From Nitrospinales bacterium (GTDB lineage Bacteria; Nitrospinota; Nitrospinia; Nitrospinales; VA-1): a stretch of 64,000 nt of DNA. The translations under genes were made by a program, and so were the position numbers. How positions within the stretch are numbered: position 1 is the first letter of the stretch; the number at the start of each line of letters is the position of its first letter. This document shows, piece after piece, positions 57,984 through 64,000 of the stretch. The notes beneath the pieces are model-generated. The model was given only the letters and a program-made list of their open reading frames with translations, made no database searches and was not told where the DNA came from. The DNA lies in assembly GCA_965223345.1 (NCBI GenBank), contig CBDCWG010000012.1:3008001-3072000 (forward strand), in the 5' to 3' direction.

Positions 57984-58808
57984 ATGAGCATCAGTGCATC
58001 GGATTTCGACTATATCTGCAAGATGATCCGGGAAAACGCGGCCATCGTGCTGGGCCCCGGCAAAGAATATCTGGTGGAATCGCGGATGGCCTCCCTCATC
58101 CAGCAGGAGGGCATCGACTCCATCGAGGATCTCGTCAAGAAGCTGCGCACCAACCCGCAAAACGGGTTACAGACCCGTGTGGTCGAGGCGATGACGACCA
58201 ACGAGACCTCCTTCTTCCGCGACATCCATCCTTTCAACGTCCTCAAGGACCACGTTCTGCCGGAGCTGATCGAAAGGAACAAGGACACGCAGAAGCTGAA
58301 CATCTGGTGCGGCGCCAGTTCCAGCGGACAGGAACCGTACAGTCTGGCCATGCTGATGCGCCAGAATTTCCCCAAGATCGCCGACTGGAAGATCACCTTC
58401 ATCGCCAGCGACATTTCCCACGAAATGCTGGAACGCTGCCGCAACGGGGTCTACTCGCAACTGGAGATCAACCGCGGTCTTCCCGCTCCCATGATGGTCA
58501 AGTTTTTCGAGCGCAAGGGAACGGACTGGCAGATCAAGGAGGACCTGCGCAAGCTGGTGGACTTCAAGTTCGTCAACCTCTGCCAGGACTGGCCGTTCAT
58601 GCCTTCGATGGATCTGGTGATGATGCGCAATGTTTTGATCTACTTCGATGTGGAGATCAAAAAAGAAATTCTGGTGAAAGTGAAGAAGCTGCTGAAACCC
58701 GGCGGGTACCTGTTTCTGGGGGCGGCCGAAACCACGATCAATCTGGAAGAGTCCTTTGAACGCATGAATTTCAAACAATCGGGATGTTATCGAGTCAAAC
58801 AGGATTGA
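57984..58808 (+). CDS. cheR: Chemotaxis methyltransferase
   Basis: TTNETSFFRD, SSGQEPYSLA, RNVLIYFD, GYLFLGAAE. Confidence 0.95.
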   Translation: MSISASDFDYICKMIRENAAIVLGPGKEYLVESRMASLIQQEGIDSIEDLVKKLRTNPQNGLQTRVVEAMTTNETSFFRDIHPFNVLKDHVLPELIERNKDTQKLNIWCGASSSGQEPYSLAMLMRQNFPKIADWKITFIASDISHEMLERCRNGVYSQLEINRGLPAPMMVKFFERKGTDWQIKEDLRKLVDFKFVNLCQDWPFMPSMDLVMMRNVLIYFDVEIKKEILVKVKKLLKPGGYLFLGAAETTINLEESFERMNFKQSGCYRVKQD

Positions 58809-58811
58809 GCC

Positions 58812-59273
58812 ATGCAATTTTTAGAAAACGAAATCTGCGAATACACCGAATCTATCTGGAAATCGATCCTCGACCTTGAGGCGAAACCGGCTCAGGAGAG
58901 CTTTGAGTTTTCACAGGACAAGGATTCTCTGGCCGGCTGCGTCCAGATAACGGGATCCTGGGAGGGTTCGGTCGCCATCCACTGCCCCAACATACTGGCG
59001 CGGCAATGGGCGTCGATCATGTTCGACCTGAACGAGTCGGCGGCGGCCAAGGAGGAAATTCAGGATGCGTTGGGAGAGCTGACCAACATGACGGGGGGCA
59101 ACATCAAGTCTCTGCTGCCGGAACCCTGCTACCTTTCGATTCCCGCCGTGGCCTACACGGACAGCGCCCTGCGGTTTCCGGGCAGCGAGCTGGTCACTCA
59201 GGTAACCTTCGAATGCAACAGCAATTTTTTTCTGGTTTCATTATTGAAAAAGGTGGAAGAGCTGAAAAGCTGA
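58812..59273 (+). CDS. cheX: CheX phosphatase
   Basis: VQITGSWEG, DALGELTNMTGGNIKS. Confidence 0.9.
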   Translation: MQFLENEICEYTESIWKSILDLEAKPAQESFEFSQDKDSLAGCVQITGSWEGSVAIHCPNILARQWASIMFDLNESAAAKEEIQDALGELTNMTGGNIKSLLPEPCYLSIPAVAYTDSALRFPGSELVTQVTFECNSNFFLVSLLKKVEELKS

Positions 59274-59305
59274 TTCACCGGCCTCGAAACGTGGAGAAAA
59301 CGATC

Positions 59306-59791
59306 ATGCGGGATTACAGTCAGGAAGTTCGGGAATACGCCGAAATCATCTGGTCCACTCAGTTTGTCATGCCTGTGAAACCGGGAACGCAGTTACCGCC
59401 CGATCATGCCAAGGATCTCGCGCAGGGCATCGTGCAGATCAGCGGCGCGACGGTGGCCAGTGTCGTCCTGAAAATGGAGCCGGGACTGACGGAGCGCCTC
59501 ACCGAGAAGATGTTCGCGATCGAGCCGGGGAAGGCCACGCAGGATGAGAAATGCGACGCGGTATCCGAACTCACCAACCAGATCGGCGGCAACATCAAAT
59601 CGATCGTCGCCCAACCCAGCAACCTTGCGGTTCCGGTGGTGATTCTCGACGGCAAAACGCCGGAATTCCCCAATTCCAAAACCATCACCGATGTGGGCTT
59701 CGAATGCGAAGACGGCAGGTTCTGGGTATCCATCCTTGTGCCGCAAGACATGCCCAAAGCCGAGAACACACCGGCTGCATCGGCGTCCTGA
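59306..59791 (+). CDS. cheX: Second CheX-family protein
   Basis: ATG 59306 after GGAG; VQISG, DAVSELTNQIGGNIKS. Confidence 0.85.
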   Translation: MRDYSQEVREYAEIIWSTQFVMPVKPGTQLPPDHAKDLAQGIVQISGATVASVVLKMEPGLTERLTEKMFAIEPGKATQDEKCDAVSELTNQIGGNIKSIVAQPSNLAVPVVILDGKTPEFPNSKTITDVGFECEDGRFWVSILVPQDMPKAENTPAASAS

Positions 59792-59923
59792 AGACCTCAA
59801 AGGGCGTTCACACTCTCTTAAATTTCACAGGTGTTGCGGTCCTCGAACCGGATTGTCCGCGCTTAAGCGGATTGTCCGGGGACCGGATCGGCAGGTTGGA
59901 TCGTTCGGTTGAACCGGTGCGGT

Positions 59924-60316
59924 TCAGGCGCGTTTTTTCAGGCCCAGATGCTGGTGGATTTCCTCTTCCACCTGATCGTGTTCGGCGTGGGAATTGTGCA
60001 GGACCAGGTTCTGCAGGTAATCGTAGCTGTCCAGGTCGATTTCGGTGAACTGAATGCCGATGCCCGAGTTGGCGGCGCGCATGATCCGTCCCTTGACGTC
60101 GATGCGGATCGGCTGATCCGTCCCCTCCAGAAACAGCGTCACATCGCAGACGGAACCCACAGGCAGGGTCTCCTCGCTCATCAGGTAAATCCCCTTCATA
60201 CTCAGATCCTTGGTCTGATCGGTCGCGATGGTCTTGGAACCGCAACGGATCTCGACATTCAGATGGATGGGAACGCGTGTGAATTCCCGGGCATTCTGGG
60301 TTTGATTGGTCGGCAT
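59924..60316 (-). CDS. PilZ-domain protein
   Basis: REFTR (RxxxR), DLSMKG, GIGIQF. Confidence 0.88.
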   Translation of the reverse strand: MPTNQTQNAREFTRVPIHLNVEIRCGSKTIATDQTKDLSMKGIYLMSEETLPVGSVCDVTLFLEGTDQPIRIDVKGRIMRAANSGIGIQFTEIDLDSYDYLQNLVLHNSHAEHDQVEEEIHQHLGLKKRA

Positions 60317-60488
60317 GGTGGTCCTCTTTTTTAGGTTCCTTCTTCATATTATAATGGAAAATTTAAGTAAACTAAAGGGGAAACCACTGCAAAATACCCA
60401 TTAAAATACTGTTTTTCATAGAATTACACTTCCCCCGCCGCCTCCCCGGTTCTTTTCCCGCATTTTTTGCAATTAAAACAAGCCCCGG

Positions 60489-60517
60489 CTTGACATGGGC
60501 CCGGTGGGGTCTTATTT
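60489..60517 (+). promoter_or_regulatory. Putative dnaK promoter
   Basis: CTTGACA...CTTATTT (CTTG-N18-CTTATNT, RpoH-like, also contains TTGACA); no CIRCE seen. Confidence 0.4.
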
Positions 60518-60589
60518 GACCAAGCAGGACATGGATAATGCGCAAAAGATCGTAAATGAACGACTTATAAATAGAAAGGATCGAATCTC

Positions 60590-62518
<1,929 letters not shown>

Positions 62519-62553
62519 GTTTGACGGCACGCATTCGGGTGCCGATACTGCAA

Positions 62554-62587
62554 GGGGGCTCCGCTCTGGAGCCCCCGTTGTTGTTTT
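62554..62587 (+). terminator. Stem-loop (terminator or mRNA stabiliser) between dnaK and grpE
   Basis: GGGGGCTCC-GCTCT-GGAGCCCCC followed by GTTGTTGTTTT. Confidence 0.6.
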
Positions 62588-62629
62588 ACCAGCGCCGGTC
62601 TCCATTCCGGCCAAACCGACGGCATTGTT

Positions 62630-63232
62630 ATGAGTGAAGAGAAGAAAAACCCGGCCAAACCTAAAATTTCGGTGGTGGACCGGCGCCACTGGGTGGAGGC
62701 GGGTCCGGACAGCGACGCGGACGCCGCGGACAACGTGGAGGAGCGGCTGCCGAACTATGTGGAGCAGCTGCGCCAGGAGGCCGAGGAAAAAGACAAGCGC
62801 CTGCGCGAGTACATCGCCGCCTACAAGGAAAAGAGCGCGGAGAACGACGACTTCCGAGCGCGTCTGGCGCGTGACAACGACAACCGGCTGGAACAGTTCA
62901 AGGCCAACCTGTTCTCGCGGCTGGTGCCCATCCTGGACAATCTCAAGCGCGCCGCCGACGCCGCCACGCACAGCGGCGATTTCGACAGCCTGAAGCAGGG
63001 CATCGAGATGGTGGTGCAGCAGTATGCGCGCGAACTGGAAGACAACGGCGTGCAGGCGATCGCCGCCCAGGGCGAAAAATTCGACCCCAAGCTCCACGAA
63101 GCGTTTCTCACCGTGGACACGCAGGACGCCGCGCAGGACAACCGCGTGATCGAAGAGCTGGAACCGGGCTATCTGTTCAAGGACAAGCTGATCAAAGCGG
63201 CAAAAGTGAAGGTGGCGCGCCTGAAGTCATGA
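62630..63232 (+). CDS. grpE: Nucleotide exchange factor GrpE
   Basis: LVPILDNLKRA, FDPKLHEA, GYLFKDKLIKAAKVKV. Confidence 0.93.
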   Translation: MSEEKKNPAKPKISVVDRRHWVEAGPDSDADAADNVEERLPNYVEQLRQEAEEKDKRLREYIAAYKEKSAENDDFRARLARDNDNRLEQFKANLFSRLVPILDNLKRAADAATHSGDFDSLKQGIEMVVQQYARELEDNGVQAIAAQGEKFDPKLHEAFLTVDTQDAAQDNRVIEELEPGYLFKDKLIKAAKVKVARLKS

Positions 63233-63440
63233 CACATTTCGCATCCGCTGCAAACAATTTTGCGGTCTTCCTTCCCTTCTCACTCCGAACTGATTACAAT
63301 ACCGCGACGTGCCGCCGCCCGCCCCAGGGCAAAGACACGGTATGCGGCGGGTTTGGTGGAACGACAACGAACCGCAACCCCTTTTGCCGCGCGGGAAGCA
63401 ATCCGCATCGCCCAAGACATCGATCGATATAAAGGACCCC

Positions 63441-64000
63441 ATGACCAAACGCGATTACTACGAAGTGCTGGGTGTATCCCGGGACGCATCCGAAGCGGAA
63501 CTGAAAAAATCCTACCGCAAGCTGGCCATGCAGCACCATCCGGACAAAAATCCGGGTGACCACACCGCAGAAGAAAAATTCAAGGAAGCCGCCGAAGCCT
63601 ATGAGGTCCTCAAGGATCCGGACAAGCGCCGGGTCTACGACCAGTTCGGCCACGAGGGGCTGAAAAACACCGGGTTTTCCGGTCCGCGCGGTTTCGAGGA
63701 TATCTTTTCCTCGTTCGGCGACATCTTCGGCGAGTTCTTCGGCGGCGGCGGTCCCGCCACCGGAGCCGACCTCAGGCTGGATCTCAAGGTCACGTTTGCG
63801 GAAGCGGCGTTCGGCACGCAAAAGGAAGTGGACATCAGCAAGCGCGTCCCCTGCAAAACCTGCGATGGTTCGGGCGCCAAACCGGGCTACCCGCCGCAAA
63901 ACTGCGGCACCTGCCGGGGAACCGGCCAGGTGGTGCGGACGCAGGGATTTTTCAGCGTGAGCACGCCCTGCCCGGACTGCCACGGCGCGGGCCAGGTGAT
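63441..64000 (+). CDS. dnaJ: Chaperone DnaJ (5' part; runs off the window end)
   Basis: Manual translation [12 protein letters not shown]...HPDKNPGD...[10 protein letters not shown]-rich region; zinc fingers [24 protein letters not shown]. Confidence 0.97.
   Translation, partial: MTKRDYYEVLGVSRDASEAELKKSYRKLAMQHHPDKNPGDHTAEEKFKEAAEAYEVLKDPDKRRVYDQFGHEGLKNTGFSGPRGFEDIFSSFGDIFGEFFGGGGPATGADLRLDLKVTFAEAAFGTQKEVDISKRVPCKTCDGSGAKPGYPPQNCGTCRGTGQVVRTQGFFSVSTPCPDCHGAGQV

Overview
GC-rich bacterial chromosome segment. The five-subunit 2-oxoacid:ferredoxin oxidoreductase delta subunit and Tll0287-type cytochromes point to a Nitrospina/Nitrospira-like nitrite oxidiser (inference). The right third is mostly housekeeping and signalling: oppDF-like, folC-lptD-pyrE, orphan porD, cheY-cheB*-cheR-cheX-cheX, dnaK-grpE-dnaJ. 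Three accessory systems stand out. (1) A compact azole-RiPP (LAP) cluster at 12.4-16.0 kb: NHLP-like precursor ending VAVCCTCWAAE, RRE/E1 partner, azoline-forming YcaO and SagB-type dehydrogenase. It has no recognisable protease or exporter, and sits back-to-back with a TonB receptor-YfiR-histidine kinase operon and convergent with a FemAB-like transferase. (2) A 9.17-kb phage-satellite (PICI-like) element integrated in tRNA-Arg(CCT) between 47-bp att repeats. It carries an integrase, AlpA, a replication protein, a lone HK97-fold capsid protein, a lambda-like cos site, a c4-type antisense RNA with its target, and a HigBA + DUF6941-like tripartite cargo operon. (3) An unannotated ~233-nt, G-U-rich multibranch RNA candidate at 41.1-41.3 kb. 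All family assignments are by motif recognition by eye; no searches were run.
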